A stretch of DNA of 46,837 nt from Acidobacteriota bacterium (GTDB lineage: Bacteria > Acidobacteriota > Vicinamibacteria > Vicinamibacterales > JACPPN01). A program made the position numbers and the translations under genes. Below the pieces are notes generated by a model. It made no database searches. It saw only the letters and a program-made list of their open reading frames with translations, and was not told where the DNA came from. This document shows positions 1 through 12,389 of this stretch, piece by piece; position 1 is the first letter of the stretch; every line of letters begins with the position of its first letter. The stretch is taken from assembly GCA_016190995.1 (NCBI GenBank), contig JACPPN010000226.1:1-46837 (forward strand), given 5' to 3'.

Positions 1-1914
<1,914 letters not shown>

Positions 1915-1919
1915 GTGTC

Positions 1920-2621
1920 CTACACGGCGGCGTTCGCGAGAGCGCGGACGACCGACTCGAACAGGATGATGCCATCGCCGCTTCCGAGCGGCAGCTCACA
2001 CGCCCGCTCCGGGTGCGGCATCAAGCCGACGATGTTTCGCGCCTCGTTGCAGATGCCGGCAATGGCATCGATCGAGCCGTTCGGATTTGCTTCATCCGTG
2101 ACGATACCGGCTGCGTCGGTATACCTGAAAATCACCTGGCGGCGCGCTTCGAGTGCGGCGACAACCTCCGGCGGTGCGTAGTAGTTGCCTTCCCCGTGCG
2201 CGATCGGCAGCCTGAGGATCTGTCCGTGCGTGCAGGCCGCCGTAAACGGCGTATCGATTTGCTCGACCCGAAGGTAGACATGCTCGCAACGGAACTTGAG
2301 ACCGCGGTTGCGGAGCATCGCTCCTTTCAGCAGTCCGGCCTCCAGCAGGATCTGAAACCCGTTGCAGATCCCGAGCACCGGCCCCCCCGCGCTGGCGAAC
2401 GCCGTGACGGCGTCCATCACCGGAGAGAACCTTGCAATAGCTCCGGTTCGAAGATAGTCGCCGTGAGAGAAGCCACCAGGCAGGATCACCACGTCCGCGC
2501 CGCGCAGATCGGTGTCCTTGTGCCAGACGAACTCCGCTTCGTGCCCGAGGACGTGTTTTACCGCGTGATAGGCGTCGTGGTCGCAATTGGATCCCGGGAA
2601 CACGACGACCGCAAATTTCAT
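1920..2621 (-). CDS. purQ: Phosphoribosylformylglycinamidine synthase subunit PurQ (glutaminase)
   Basis: 233-aa ORF. N-terminus is [16 protein letters not shown], the nucleophile-Cys context is GICNGFQ, and MPHPER lies near the C-terminus. It sits between purS and purL. Confidence 0.95.
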   Translation of the reverse strand: MKFAVVVFPGSNCDHDAYHAVKHVLGHEAEFVWHKDTDLRGADVVILPGGFSHGDYLRTGAIARFSPVMDAVTAFASAGGPVLGICNGFQILLEAGLLKGAMLRNRGLKFRCEHVYLRVEQIDTPFTAACTHGQILRLPIAHGEGNYYAPPEVVAALEARRQVIFRYTDAAGIVTDEANPNGSIDAIAGICNEARNIVGLMPHPERACELPLGSGDGIILFESVVRALANAAV

Positions 2622-2717
2622 TGGCAGGTCTCCTCTAGCCGCGAAGCTGCGCCGCTTGGCGCTGTTCTGGACGGTTTGAGGCGCAGCGTCGCTGCCGCCC
2701 CCCGTCTTCGCGGGCCT

Positions 2718-2969
2718 TCACGGCTCGGCCGCCTCGACTTCGACACGGTAGCTTTCAATCACCGGATTGGCCAGCAGCCTGTCGGCCATCTCCGACACGC
2801 GCCGCCGCGCCTCGTCGGCGGACGCCGCCGCCAGATCCATCTCGAAGTACTTGCCCTGGCGCACGTCCTGCACGTCCCGATAGCCAAGTGAGTGCAGCGC
2901 GTCCGCAATCGTCTTGCCCTGCGGGTCGAAGACCGACGGCTTCAGCGTCACGAACACACGGGCCTTCAT
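2718..2969 (-). CDS. purS: Phosphoribosylformylglycinamidine synthase subunit PurS
   Basis: 83-aa product from internal ATG 2969 of track ORF 2718..3398 (MKARVFVTLKPSVFDPQGKTIADALHSLGY...). The start overlaps the purB stop as ATGA (2966-2969). The longer upstream extension is Arg/Ala-rich and overlaps purB. Confidence 0.9.
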   Translation of the reverse strand: MKARVFVTLKPSVFDPQGKTIADALHSLGYRDVQDVRQGKYFEMDLAAASADEARRRVSEMADRLLANPVIESYRVEVEAAEP

Positions 2970-4288
2970 GCGCGTATCTCGACCTCCGGGATCCGGGGTC
3001 CGAACAGACGCCCGAACACTTCGTCCACGTGGCGCAGGTGCCGCCGCACGTCGAACGCCTCCTCGATGTCCTGTCGCGTCAGGACGCGTGCCACGTCGAG
3101 GTCGGCGATGAGCAGATCCTTGAACGCGAGCCCTTCGTTCAACGACCGCATGGCGTTGCGCTGCACCCAGTCGTAGGCCTCCTCCCGCGAGACACCGCGT
3201 CGAGCGAGCTCCAGCAGCACCGTTCCGGAAAAGACGATCCCGCGCGATCGATTGAAGTTCTCGAGCATGCGGTCCGGGTGCACGACCATGCCACGGACGA
3301 TGTCGGTGAAGCGCCGAATCATGTGATCGAGCGCAATGAAGCTGTCGGGCAGTATGACGCGCTCCACGGAGGAGTGTGAGATGTCGCGCTCGTGCCACAA
3401 GGCGACGTTCTCGAGCGCGGCGGTACAGTTGCCGCGAAGCAGCCTGGCCAGCCCGGTAATCTGCTCGCAGGCAATCGGATTGCGCTTATGGGGCATGGCG
3501 GACGAGCCTTTCTGCCCCTTCTCAAACGGCTCTTCCACCTCGCCGATCTCCGTCTTCTGCAGGCCTCGAATCTCCAGCGCACACTTCTCGAGCGTCGCGC
3601 CCGTGATTGCCAGGGCCGCCAGCAGCTCGGCGTGACGATCCCTCTGAACGATCTGCGAGGACACCGGCGCCGCCTGAAGCCCGAGCGCCAGGCACGCGCG
3701 CGCCTCGATTTCGGGGCCCAGGTGCGCATACGTACCCACTGCGCCGGAAAGCTTCCCGACGCTCACGACCTCCTTCGCGCGGCGCACCCGGACGATGTCG
3801 CGAAGGACTTCGGCGTACCAGATCGCCAGCTTCAGGCCCAGCGTAATCGGCTCCGCATGGACGCCATGGGTACGGCCGATCATCGGGGTCGTCTTGTGCT
3901 CTTCGGCGCGATCCCGGACGGCCTGTGCCAGCCGCGCGAGTCCGGCGAGGATCAGATCGCAGGCCTCGCGCATCTGCAGCGCCTGCGCGGTGTCGAGGAC
4001 GTCGGACGACGTCAGACCGAAATGCACCCAGCGGGCGGCGGGCCCCACCTGCTCCGCAACGGCCGTCGTGAAGGCGATGACGTCGTGGCGGGTGGTTCGC
4101 TCGATTTCCTCGATCCGGGCCGCCTCGACGCCGGGGCAGCGCGCGATTTCCTCCGCGGCTTCGCGCGGCACAATCGCCGCCTCAGCCATCGCCTGCGCCG
4201 CGGCAACTTCGACCTGCAGCCAGGTCTCGTACTTCCGCTGGTCGCTCCAGATGCGCCCCATCTCGGGGTGGGTGTAGCGCGGAATCAT
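2966..4288 (-). CDS. purB: Adenylosuccinate lyase
   Basis: Track ORF 2966..4333. I chose ATG 4288 (MIPRYTHPEMGRIWSDQRKYETWLQVE) because it matches the conserved PurB N-terminus. The fumarate-lyase signature GSSAMPHKRNP is present. Confidence 0.93.
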   Translation of the reverse strand: MIPRYTHPEMGRIWSDQRKYETWLQVEVAAAQAMAEAAIVPREAAEEIARCPGVEAARIEEIERTTRHDVIAFTTAVAEQVGPAARWVHFGLTSSDVLDTAQALQMREACDLILAGLARLAQAVRDRAEEHKTTPMIGRTHGVHAEPITLGLKLAIWYAEVLRDIVRVRRAKEVVSVGKLSGAVGTYAHLGPEIEARACLALGLQAAPVSSQIVQRDRHAELLAALAITGATLEKCALEIRGLQKTEIGEVEEPFEKGQKGSSAMPHKRNPIACEQITGLARLLRGNCTAALENVALWHERDISHSSVERVILPDSFIALDHMIRRFTDIVRGMVVHPDRMLENFNRSRGIVFSGTVLLELARRGVSREEAYDWVQRNAMRSLNEGLAFKDLLIADLDVARVLTRQDIEEAFDVRRHLRHVDEVFGRLFGPRIPEVEIRA

Positions 4289-4333
4289 GATGGACGCGAC
4301 ACGTTCCGTCTCGCTCGAGCCCGTCGTCGCCAA

Positions 4334-5602
4334 CTAGCCGAGGTCGAGCTCGGCGCGCGACAGCTTGAACTGGTCGAGTGGACCAACCACCGTCAGCGAC
4401 AAGGACCCGTTACTGCACAACTGCCCCGCGACCCGGGAGAGATCGTCCTCATTGACTCGCTGCACGCCGTCGAGCGTCTCATCGAGACTGAACTGGCGGT
4501 CGAAGTAGATCTCCTGTCGCGCCAGATGCGACATCCGGCTGGACGTGTTCTCCAGACTGAGCATCAGGCTGCCCTTGAGATGATCTTTCGCGCGCTGCAG
4601 TTCGTCGGTGGGAATCGCCAGCCGGATCCCGCGGAGCTCGGCGACGACCAGATCGACGAGCTCGCGGACCGTGTCGTTCGCGCAACCCGCATAAATCGTG
4701 AGCAGGCCCGCGTCGCGATACGCGCTCAGGCCGCTGAAGACCGAATAGGCGAGGCCGCGTTTCTCCCGGACGTTCTGGAACAGCCGGGAGCTCATCGATC
4801 CACCGAGAATCGTGTTCAGAACGTAGCTGACGTAGCGATCCTCGTGCCGCTGCGGAAGGCTGCTGCCACCGAGGCAGATGTGACTCTGTTCGAGATCCTT
4901 GGTGCGCGTGATGATCTGCGGGACGGCGACCGGCGCCCGGTCGGACACGGCCGACCGATCGGTCGGCAACGCCTCGAAGGCCTTGACGATGAGCGATCGG
5001 ACCTGTGCGTGGTCCAGATTGCCCGCGGCCGAGACGATCAGATTCGGGGCGCTGTACGCCTTTCGGAAGTACTCGCACAGCGTCCGCCGGTTCAAGGCCT
5101 CGACCGTCTCGGGAACGCCGAGAATCGGCCGGCCCAGCGGATGCCCTTCCCAGAAATGCTGCGTGAAGAGCTCGTGAACGAGATCGTCGGGGGTGTCCTC
5201 GACCATCTTGATCTCTTCGAGGACCACCTTTTTCTCACGCTCGATGTCGCCGTCCTCGAACGCAGGGTTCAGCAGGATGTCCGCGAGCAGATCGATGGCG
5301 ATCGGGAGATGCTCGTCGAGAACCTTGATGTAGTAGCCCGCGTACTCCTTGGCGGTGAAGGCGTCGAGCTGCCCGCCGACCGAATCGATGGCCTGGGCGA
5401 TGTCCTCCGCCGACCGATGTGCGGTGCCCTTGAAGAGCATGTGCTCGACGAAATGCGCGATCCCGCTCTGGTCGTCACCCTCGTGCCGCGAGCCCCGCGT
5501 CAACCACACGCCGATCGCCACGGATCGGACGTGCGGCATCGTCTCGGTGATGAGCCGCAGACCGTTGTCGAGGACTTCGCGAAGAATCATGCCGCTGGAC
5601 AT
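4334..5602 (-). CDS. M16-family (pitrilysin-like) zinc peptidase
   Basis: 422 aa. The inverted zincin motif HxxEH appears as HFVEH, followed by MLFKGT. The length and layout fit M16B peptidases. It abuts purB with no spacer. Confidence 0.85.
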   Translation of the reverse strand: MSSGMILREVLDNGLRLITETMPHVRSVAIGVWLTRGSRHEGDDQSGIAHFVEHMLFKGTAHRSAEDIAQAIDSVGGQLDAFTAKEYAGYYIKVLDEHLPIAIDLLADILLNPAFEDGDIEREKKVVLEEIKMVEDTPDDLVHELFTQHFWEGHPLGRPILGVPETVEALNRRTLCEYFRKAYSAPNLIVSAAGNLDHAQVRSLIVKAFEALPTDRSAVSDRAPVAVPQIITRTKDLEQSHICLGGSSLPQRHEDRYVSYVLNTILGGSMSSRLFQNVREKRGLAYSVFSGLSAYRDAGLLTIYAGCANDTVRELVDLVVAELRGIRLAIPTDELQRAKDHLKGSLMLSLENTSSRMSHLARQEIYFDRQFSLDETLDGVQRVNEDDLSRVAGQLCSNGSLSLTVVGPLDQFKLSRAELDLG

Positions 5603-5731
5603 CGGGAACCTTCGGGCGCCGGCAGGCTCCCGTGCGTCTGCAGTCGCGGGATGGGGGACTTACGCGAGCAACGTCAAACAGGATAGCACGCGCAGAGGAC
5701 GTGACCAAGCGAAGGTGGGCTGTAGATCGCG

Positions 5732-5740
5732 TGGTACAAT
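5732..5740 (+). promoter_or_regulatory. Candidate extended -10 promoter (TGgTACAAT) for rlmN
   Basis: TG at 5732-5733, one nt, then TACAAT at 5735-5740, 34 nt upstream of the rlmN ATG. No convincing -35 element. Confidence 0.35.
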
Positions 5741-5773
5741 GCACGATCTGCAACAAACAGGCGAATCGCGCAT

Positions 5774-6856
<1,083 letters not shown>

Positions 6857-6884
6857 TTCGCTGACGCCGGGGCTGCTCGCCCTG

Positions 6885-8168
6885 TCAGGCCGGCGTGGCG
6901 AGCCATTCACCTCTCAGCTCTCCCGACGCCGCCTCCCGAATCATCACGTCAACCCACGTATTGCGTGTCCGACCCGGCGCAATCCTGACCTTGAGGTAGT
7001 TGCCCGTAAGCGCCAGCGTGCCGTCCTCCAGTGTGAGAGCGCGGTGCACGGAGCCGACCTGCCGAGACCTGAACCGCCCGGTCAATTCCCCGGCAATCGA
7101 CCGCAGCTCCAGAGAACGGGCCCGAATGACGTCGCCCGGAACCTTCTCCGGAAGCGCCGCCGCGACGGTCCCCGGCCGGTCGGAGTACGGAAACACGTGA
7201 AGCGCCGTCAAGGGTGACGATCGCAGATACTCGGCGTTGTGCCGAAAATCGTCGTCGGTCTCACCCGGAAATCCAACGATCACATCCGAGCCAATCGCCG
7301 CATTGGGCAGACGCCGACGAATGCGATCGACGAGACGCCGATAGTCCTCGAACGCGTACGGCCGCTGCATCGCGCGCAGCATGCGGTCGCTGGCGTGCTG
7401 GAGCGGCAGATGGAAGTGCGCAGCGAACCTCGGACTCTCAGCGACGAGATCCACCAGTGGCGCCGAGCAGTCCATCGGCTCGAGCGAGCTTAGCCGGAAC
7501 CGCACGTCTCCGGCGCGGCGATCCAGTTCCTCCAGGAGGGCCGACAATGCGGCCGGCGGATCGAGATCCCGGCCGTACGAGCCGAGATGGACGCCGGTGA
7601 TCACGACTTCCTTGTAGCCCGCGTCCGTCGCGCGCTGAACGGCATCGAGCACGTTCCCGGCAGGAAGGCTTCGTCCCGAGCCGCGGGTCGAGGGAATGAC
7701 GCAGTAGCTGCACGGCTCGTCGCAGCCTGTCTGGATGCGCAGCGTAAGGGCCGTCCGGCCCGCGAACCCCGGTTCGAGTTGGCCGCCGCATGCCCCCTCC
7801 CCGTCACCGAACCGCCCGGCGGTCGTCTGCAGCGCCAGCTCGCGCGGCGCGCCGGCCACGAGCTGTTCCTTGCTTCCGTTTGCCACGACGCGGACGACCC
7901 CGGGCAAGTGCGCCACTTCTTCTGGCCGGCGCGTCGCGTAGCATCCGGTGGCAATGATGCGGGTCGAGGGGTTCTGCCGGGCGATACGCCGAATCACCTG
8001 ACGCGCGCTTTGATCCGCGGTCGCCGTCACGGAACAGGTATTGACGACGACAAGATCCGCTCTGTCGGCCGAGGAGGCTTCCGCACCCGCAGCACGAAGC
8101 TGTTCCTCGATCTGCAACGAATCAGCTTGATTGACCCGACAGCCGAACGTGACGATGGCGTACTTCAC
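6885..8168 (-). CDS. mtaB: MiaB-like methylthiotransferase, most likely tRNA t6A37 methylthiotransferase MtaB
   Basis: 427 aa. The N-terminal MTTase domain reads MKYAIVTFGCRVNQADS..VVVNTCSVT. The radical-SAM motif is CDEPCSYC. The C-terminal part is TRAM-like. Confidence 0.75.
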   Translation of the reverse strand: MKYAIVTFGCRVNQADSLQIEEQLRAAGAEASSADRADLVVVNTCSVTATADQSARQVIRRIARQNPSTRIIATGCYATRRPEEVAHLPGVVRVVANGSKEQLVAGAPRELALQTTAGRFGDGEGACGGQLEPGFAGRTALTLRIQTGCDEPCSYCVIPSTRGSGRSLPAGNVLDAVQRATDAGYKEVVITGVHLGSYGRDLDPPAALSALLEELDRRAGDVRFRLSSLEPMDCSAPLVDLVAESPRFAAHFHLPLQHASDRMLRAMQRPYAFEDYRRLVDRIRRRLPNAAIGSDVIVGFPGETDDDFRHNAEYLRSSPLTALHVFPYSDRPGTVAAALPEKVPGDVIRARSLELRSIAGELTGRFRSRQVGSVHRALTLEDGTLALTGNYLKVRIAPGRTRNTWVDVMIREAASGELRGEWLATPA

Positions 8169-8224
8169 AGGCCAGCGAATCGGGGAAAGCCTCGAGGTGT
8201 GGTCCTTGGAACCAAAGCTCCGGC

Positions 8225-8731
8225 TCAGCGGCTGACGTCCACCTTGAGGCGCGCCGAGGCGTCCTCGATCTTGTCCGCCAGTTTCCGCTTATAGCCCTTC
8301 AAGCGCTCCGCCAGGCCAGCATCGGCAATCGCCAGAATCTCGGCCGCGAGGACGCCTGCGTTGGTTCCACCCATCGTCCCGATTGACACGGTCGCGACCG
8401 GGACGCCCGGCGGCATTTGGACCGTCGAGAGCAGCGCATCGAGTCCCTGAAGGGGCGAGGAGTCGATCGGCACGCCGATGACCGGTCTCACCGTTCGTGA
8501 CGCAATCACGCCGGCCAGATGCGCCGCCGCCCCCGCCCCGGCGATGAAGACCTGGACGCCTCGCTCCTCCGCGTCCCGAATGAGCCGCTCGACACGATCC
8601 GGGGATCGATGTGCTGAGGCCACGTCCATTTCGCATGAGACGCCGAGCTCGCCCAACACGTCGACGGCCCCCTGCATCGTCGGCGCATCGGAATCCGATC
8701 CAATCAGGATCAGGACCTGCGTGCGTGTCAT
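8225..8731 (-). CDS. purE: N5-carboxyaminoimidazole ribonucleotide mutase PurE
   Basis: Internal ATG 8731 of track ORF 8225..8839 (MTRTQVLILIGSDSDAPTMQ...). Contains the GSDSD and AGAGAAAHLAGV motifs. The upstream extension would overlap purD. Confidence 0.9.
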   Translation of the reverse strand: MTRTQVLILIGSDSDAPTMQGAVDVLGELGVSCEMDVASAHRSPDRVERLIRDAEERGVQVFIAGAGAAAHLAGVIASRTVRPVIGVPIDSSPLQGLDALLSTVQMPPGVPVATVSIGTMGGTNAGVLAAEILAIADAGLAERLKGYKRKLADKIEDASARLKVDVSR

Positions 8732-8747
8732 CGTCGTCTCCCGCGGC

Positions 8748-10049
8748 CTATGCCGGCGAGCCGAGGCTTCCCTCTCGTCCCGTCGCGATGAGGGCTTTGC
8801 GTCCAATGTCGCGCCGTGCATGCTTGCCGTCGAAGTCAATGAGGTCGACGGCGGCGTAGGCGCGCGCGATCGCGTGCGGATAGTCGTCGCCTCGCGCCAC
8901 GACCGTGAGGACGCGTCCGCCGCCGGTGATCACGCGGCCCTCGCGAACCCGGGTGCCGGCGTGGAAGACAAGCACATCGGTCATTCGCTCGACGGCGTCG
9001 AGCCCCTCAACCACCTTCCCGGTTTCGTACGCTCCCGGGTACCCCCCCGACGCCACGACGACGCCGACGTACACATCGCGCTTCAGCACGCACTGTCTCC
9101 CATCGAGCGTGCCTGACGCCGCTGCCTGCATCAAGTCGATCAAGGATGATTCGACGAGCGGCAACACGACCTGCGCTTCCGGATCGCCGAGCCGCACGTT
9201 GAACTCGACCACCTGCGGGCCATTGGCCGTCAGCATCAAGCCGCAGTAGAGGAAGCCGCGATACTCACGGCCCTCCGCGGCCATGCCGTCGAGAACGGGC
9301 GCCACGACGTCGCGCATGACGCGCGCCTCCATCCGAGACGTCATGAACGGGCTCGGCGCGAACGCGCCCATGCCGCCGGTGTTCGGACCGCGATCGCCAT
9401 CGAAGGCGCGCTTGTGATCCTGCGCGGATCCGAGAGGCACCGCGCCGTGTCCATCGCTGAGGACGAAGAACGAGGCCTCTTCGCCGGCGAGGCACTCCTC
9501 GACCACGAGTCGATCGCCCGATTCGCCGAACTTGCGCTGGACCATGAGATCCTCGATGGCGCGCTCGGCGGTCTCATGGTCGGGCGCGACGACGACGCCT
9601 TTCCCGGCGGCGAGGCCATCGGCCTTGACGACGACGGGGAACCCGAAGCGCGCCAGCGCCCGACGCGCGGCGTCGGCGCTGTCGCAGATCGCGAAGCTGG
9701 CCGTCGGCACGCCGTACCGGGCCATCAGCTCCTTTGCGAACGCCTTGCTGGTTTCCAGTGCAGCGGCCTCGCGGGTGGGGCCCAGGATGGCCAGGCCCTC
9801 ACGCGCGAACAGGTTGGTGATCCCCCGCGACAGGGGGAGTTCGGGCCCAACGACCGTGAGATCGACCCTCTCCTGGCGTGCAAACTCGAGAAGCCGAGCC
9901 GGATCTTGCGTAGAGGGTCCGAGACGGACGAGACGCTCGATCCCGGCGTTACCCGGGGCGCAGCAGACCTGGTCCGCGCCGATCTCGGCAGCCAGCTTCC
10001 AGACGAGCGCGTGTTCGCGCGCTCCGCTGCCGACAACGAGAACGTTCAT
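8748..10049 (-). CDS. purD: Phosphoribosylamine-glycine ligase PurD
   Basis: Internal ATG 10049 of track ORF 8748..10115 (MNVLVVGSGAREHALVWKLA...). The ATP-grasp body is conserved throughout. Confidence 0.93.
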   Translation of the reverse strand: MNVLVVGSGAREHALVWKLAAEIGADQVCCAPGNAGIERLVRLGPSTQDPARLLEFARQERVDLTVVGPELPLSRGITNLFAREGLAILGPTREAAALETSKAFAKELMARYGVPTASFAICDSADAARRALARFGFPVVVKADGLAAGKGVVVAPDHETAERAIEDLMVQRKFGESGDRLVVEECLAGEEASFFVLSDGHGAVPLGSAQDHKRAFDGDRGPNTGGMGAFAPSPFMTSRMEARVMRDVVAPVLDGMAAEGREYRGFLYCGLMLTANGPQVVEFNVRLGDPEAQVVLPLVESSLIDLMQAAASGTLDGRQCVLKRDVYVGVVVASGGYPGAYETGKVVEGLDAVERMTDVLVFHAGTRVREGRVITGGGRVLTVVARGDDYPHAIARAYAAVDLIDFDGKHARRDIGRKALIATGREGSLGSPA

Positions 10050-10128
10050 GGGGCAGCCGCGGTTTCGGGGCACGGCCGATGCCGGCTGTCGCGCCCCGCA
10101 GCCGACCGGGAGCAACCTTGAGTTTTCG

Positions 10129-10158
10129 TTGACGCCGCCTCAGCTTTATGCCTAGAAT
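10129..10158 (+). promoter_or_regulatory. Sigma-70-type promoter for the rpsU / zinc-ribbon operon
   Basis: TTGACG (10129-10134), 18-nt spacer, TAGAAT (10153-10158). It lies about 60 nt upstream of the rpsU start, which is preceded by AAGGGG. Confidence 0.55.
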
Positions 10159-10220
10159 CCGCCCTTGTCCGTGATAGCCTAGCACATTCGGCCCATGCTA
10201 TCAGGCCGTCGCAAAAGGGG

Positions 10221-10430
10221 GTGGGCGTACGCTTGGCTGAAGTCAAAGTGCAGGAAGGTGAATCGATTGAGAGTGCCCTGCGCCGGTTCAAGAGAAAGGT
10301 TCAGCAGGAAGATATCATCAAGGATATCAAGAAGCATTCCTTCTATCTGAAACCGGGGGACAAGCGCCGCGCGAAGCAGGCACTTGCGCGCAAGCGCAGT
10401 CGGAAGAAGCAACGTCGCGAGCTCGAGTAG
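10221..10430 (+). CDS. rpsU: 30S ribosomal protein S21
   Basis: 69 aa with a GTG start. Reads ..VKVQEGESIESALRRFKRKVQQEDIIKDIKKHSFYLKPGDKRRAKQALARKR, a typical bS21 sequence. Confidence 0.9.
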   Translation: MGVRLAEVKVQEGESIESALRRFKRKVQQEDIIKDIKKHSFYLKPGDKRRAKQALARKRSRKKQRRELE

Positions 10431-10456
10431 CGAAACAGGCAAGGACACAGAATCGT

Positions 10457-10768
10457 ATGGAGTTCCAAGACAAGGTCCTTCGGTGCGTGGATTGTGGAAC
10501 GGAATTCATCTGGACGGCGGGCGAACAGCTGTTCTTCGCCGACAAGAACTTCAAGAACGAGCCCAAGCGGTGCAAGTCGTGCAAGGCGAAACGGGCCAAC
10601 CGCGTCGCCACGGGAGGACCGGTCGTGCGTGAGCGCGTGGAGACGCAGACGGTCTGCTCGGCGTGCGGGAAAGAGACGACTGTGCCGTTTCGTCCCACTC
10701 AGGGGCGTCCGGTGTTTTGCCGCGAGTGCTTTCAGCAACGGAAGTTTGCCGGCGCCGGCGGGGTCTAG
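10457..10768 (+). CDS. Double zinc-ribbon protein (CxxC-x17-CxxC / zf-trcl-like family)
   Basis: 103 aa with four CxxC pairs (CVDC..CKSC; CSAC..CREC). The second half, CGKETTVPFRPTQGRPVFCRECF, matches the 'probable zinc-ribbon' family pattern. It starts 26 nt after rpsU and has an AAGGA Shine-Dalgarno. Confidence 0.8.
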   Translation: MEFQDKVLRCVDCGTEFIWTAGEQLFFADKNFKNEPKRCKSCKAKRANRVATGGPVVRERVETQTVCSACGKETTVPFRPTQGRPVFCRECFQQRKFAGAGGV

Positions 10769-10789
10769 TTCGAGGGAGCTTCCTGCGAG

Positions 10790-10827
10790 CCCGGAGGGCC
10801 ATGCATCGCATGGCCCTCCGGGTTTGG
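10790..10827 (+). terminator. Intrinsic-terminator-like hairpin after the rpsU / zinc-ribbon operon
   Basis: Perfect 15-bp stem: CCCGGAGGGCCATGC (10790-10804), loop ATC, GCATGGCCCTCCGGG (10808-10822). It is followed by TTTGG, so the U-tract is short. Confidence 0.7.
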
Positions 10828-10894
10828 AGGGGGCGTCGGGGCCCCGGCTATATGTCGCGCTCTAGCGCCACGGACGCAAAAACCCCCGCCATTC

Positions 10895-10924
10895 TTGACA
10901 CTCTTTGATCTTCCACATTACACT
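10895..10924 (+). promoter_or_regulatory. Candidate sigma-70 promoter for the STAS gene and glycan cluster
   Basis: TTGACA (10895-10900), 18-nt spacer, TACACT (10919-10924, fits TAnnnT). It lies about 80 nt upstream of ATG 11007. Confidence 0.3.
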
Positions 10925-11006
10925 TGGCGGTCATTTTCGATACCGGTAGGGCGGTCGAGGGTCCGGTTCGACGAGAGCCGCGGCGTGTCGCAGAGGGAGA
11001 GCAGTA

Positions 11007-11345
11007 ATGCAGATCGATGAACGGGTCGTCAACGATGTGACGATTCTCGACCTGAAGGGCAAGATGACTCTGGGAGAGGGCGACGAGCTCTTGAAAGAAA
11101 AAATCAACAGTCTAGTCCAGCAGGGGCGACGCAAGCTCCTCCTGAACCTGGGAGGCGTCCCGTATATCGACAGTGCCGGCCTCGGCGAAATCGTCCGTAC
11201 CTACACGACCGTCAGCCGCCAGGGTGGCAAGCTGAAGCTCCTGAATCTCACCAAGCGTATCCAGGATCTGCTGGCCATCACGAAGCTGCTGACGGTTTTC
11301 GAAACCTTCGATGCGGAACAGGAGGCCGTCCGCAGCTTCTCGTAA
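11007..11345 (+). CDS. STAS-domain anti-sigma-factor antagonist (SpoIIAA/RsbV-like)
   Basis: 112 aa. Reads ..VTILDLKGKMTLGEGDELLKEKI..LLLNLGGVPYIDSAGLGEIV..GGKLKLLNL.. with the conserved phosphorylatable Ser in DSAGLG. No partner kinase or phosphatase gene is adjacent. Confidence 0.85.
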   Translation: MQIDERVVNDVTILDLKGKMTLGEGDELLKEKINSLVQQGRRKLLLNLGGVPYIDSAGLGEIVRTYTTVSRQGGKLKLLNLTKRIQDLLAITKLLTVFETFDAEQEAVRSFS

Positions 11346-11378
11346 CAGGCGGGACCCCTGACTCCTCCTGCGCGCTAC

Positions 11379-12329
11379 ATGGCGCGTGATCCTCTCCCCC
11401 AGCTCGCCGTCCGGGATGCCTCGCCCGCGGAGCAGGCGCGCCCGCTGGCGCTCAGCCTTCTCGTCTCGCTGCGGCCAGCGCAGTGGACGAAGAACCTGAT
11501 CGTTTTTGCCGGGCTCATCTTCGGCCGCGAGCTGTTCGATCCCGTCTCGGTCCTCCGTTCGATTGGAGCGTTCCTCATCTTCTGCGCGCTGTCGGGGATC
11601 GTGTATCTTCTCAACGACATCGCGGATCGCGATGCCGACCGGCGCCATCCCCTCAAAGCTCAACGGCCCATCGCGTCCGGCGAGCTCTCGCCGCGGACCG
11701 CGGCCGCCTTTGGGTCGGTGCTCGCGGTCGGGTCGCTCGGCGCGGCCTATTGGCTTGGCGTCGGTTTCGGCGTCGTCGCGAGCGCCTACGTGGGATTGCT
11801 CGCCCTCTATTCCGCGTTTTTGAAGCACGTGGTCATCATCGACGTCCTGACCATCGCGGTGGGGTTCGTCTTGCGCGCCGTCGCCGGCGCGGTCGTCATC
11901 CACGTGCCGTTCAGCCACTGGCTGCTCGTGTGTACGATTCTGCTGGCGCTGTTCCTCGCGCTCAGCAAGCGTCGGCATGAAATCGTCCTGCTGGCCGATC
12001 ACGCCAGGGGACATCGGCGCATTCTCGAGGAGTACAGTCCGTACCTGCTCGATCAGATGGTTTCGGTGGTGACCGCCTCCACCCTGATGGCGTATGCCTT
12101 CTACACAATCAGCCCCGAGACGGTGGAGAAGTTCGGTACCGACCTGCTTGGCCTCACGGTGCCATTCCCGTTGTATGGCATCTTCCGCTACCTGTATCTG
12201 GTGCACCAGAAGGAAGGCGGAGGCAGCCCGGCGGAAATGCTGGTGAACGACCGGCCGCTTCTCGTCTGCGTCGCCCTCTGGGCGGCGGCCATCGTTGTCA
12301 TCATCTACCGGCCGCTGCCCATGTGGTGA
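11379..12329 (+). CDS. UbiA-family polyprenyl-phosphate phosphoribosyltransferase (decaprenyl-phosphate phosphoribosyltransferase-like)
   Basis: 316 aa and polytopic. The N-terminal LRPAQWTKNLIVFAGLIFG and the Asp-rich NDIADRDADRRHPLKAQRPIASGEL are characteristic of the DPPR-synthase branch of UbiA prenyltransferases. Confidence 0.8.
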   Translation: MARDPLPQLAVRDASPAEQARPLALSLLVSLRPAQWTKNLIVFAGLIFGRELFDPVSVLRSIGAFLIFCALSGIVYLLNDIADRDADRRHPLKAQRPIASGELSPRTAAAFGSVLAVGSLGAAYWLGVGFGVVASAYVGLLALYSAFLKHVVIIDVLTIAVGFVLRAVAGAVVIHVPFSHWLLVCTILLALFLALSKRRHEIVLLADHARGHRRILEEYSPYLLDQMVSVVTASTLMAYAFYTISPETVEKFGTDLLGLTVPFPLYGIFRYLYLVHQKEGGGSPAEMLVNDRPLLVCVALWAAAIVVIIYRPLPMW

Positions 12330-12389
12330 CGGTGGGAGCCGACATGCGGCACGTGGACACACCCGACGTCTCGGGGCGCACATTTGCGC

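Noticed and set aside
3392-5686. 764-aa plus-strand ORF antisense to purB and the M16 peptidase (the 551-aa ORF 526..2181 antisense to purL/purQ is similar)
   Set aside because: Both are shadow frames opposite strongly supported genes. Each crosses a gene boundary and has low-complexity Arg/Leu/Asp composition.
8732-8839. N-terminal extensions offered by the ORF track (purE to 8839, purD to 10115, kinase to 22792, regulator to 20094, GT-B from 14445, purS to 3398, purB to 4333, ABC ATPase to 35548, GGDEF from 40435)
   Set aside because: The extensions overlap neighbouring genes or add Arg-rich sequence that does not look like protein. Internal starts reproduce the conserved family N-termini.
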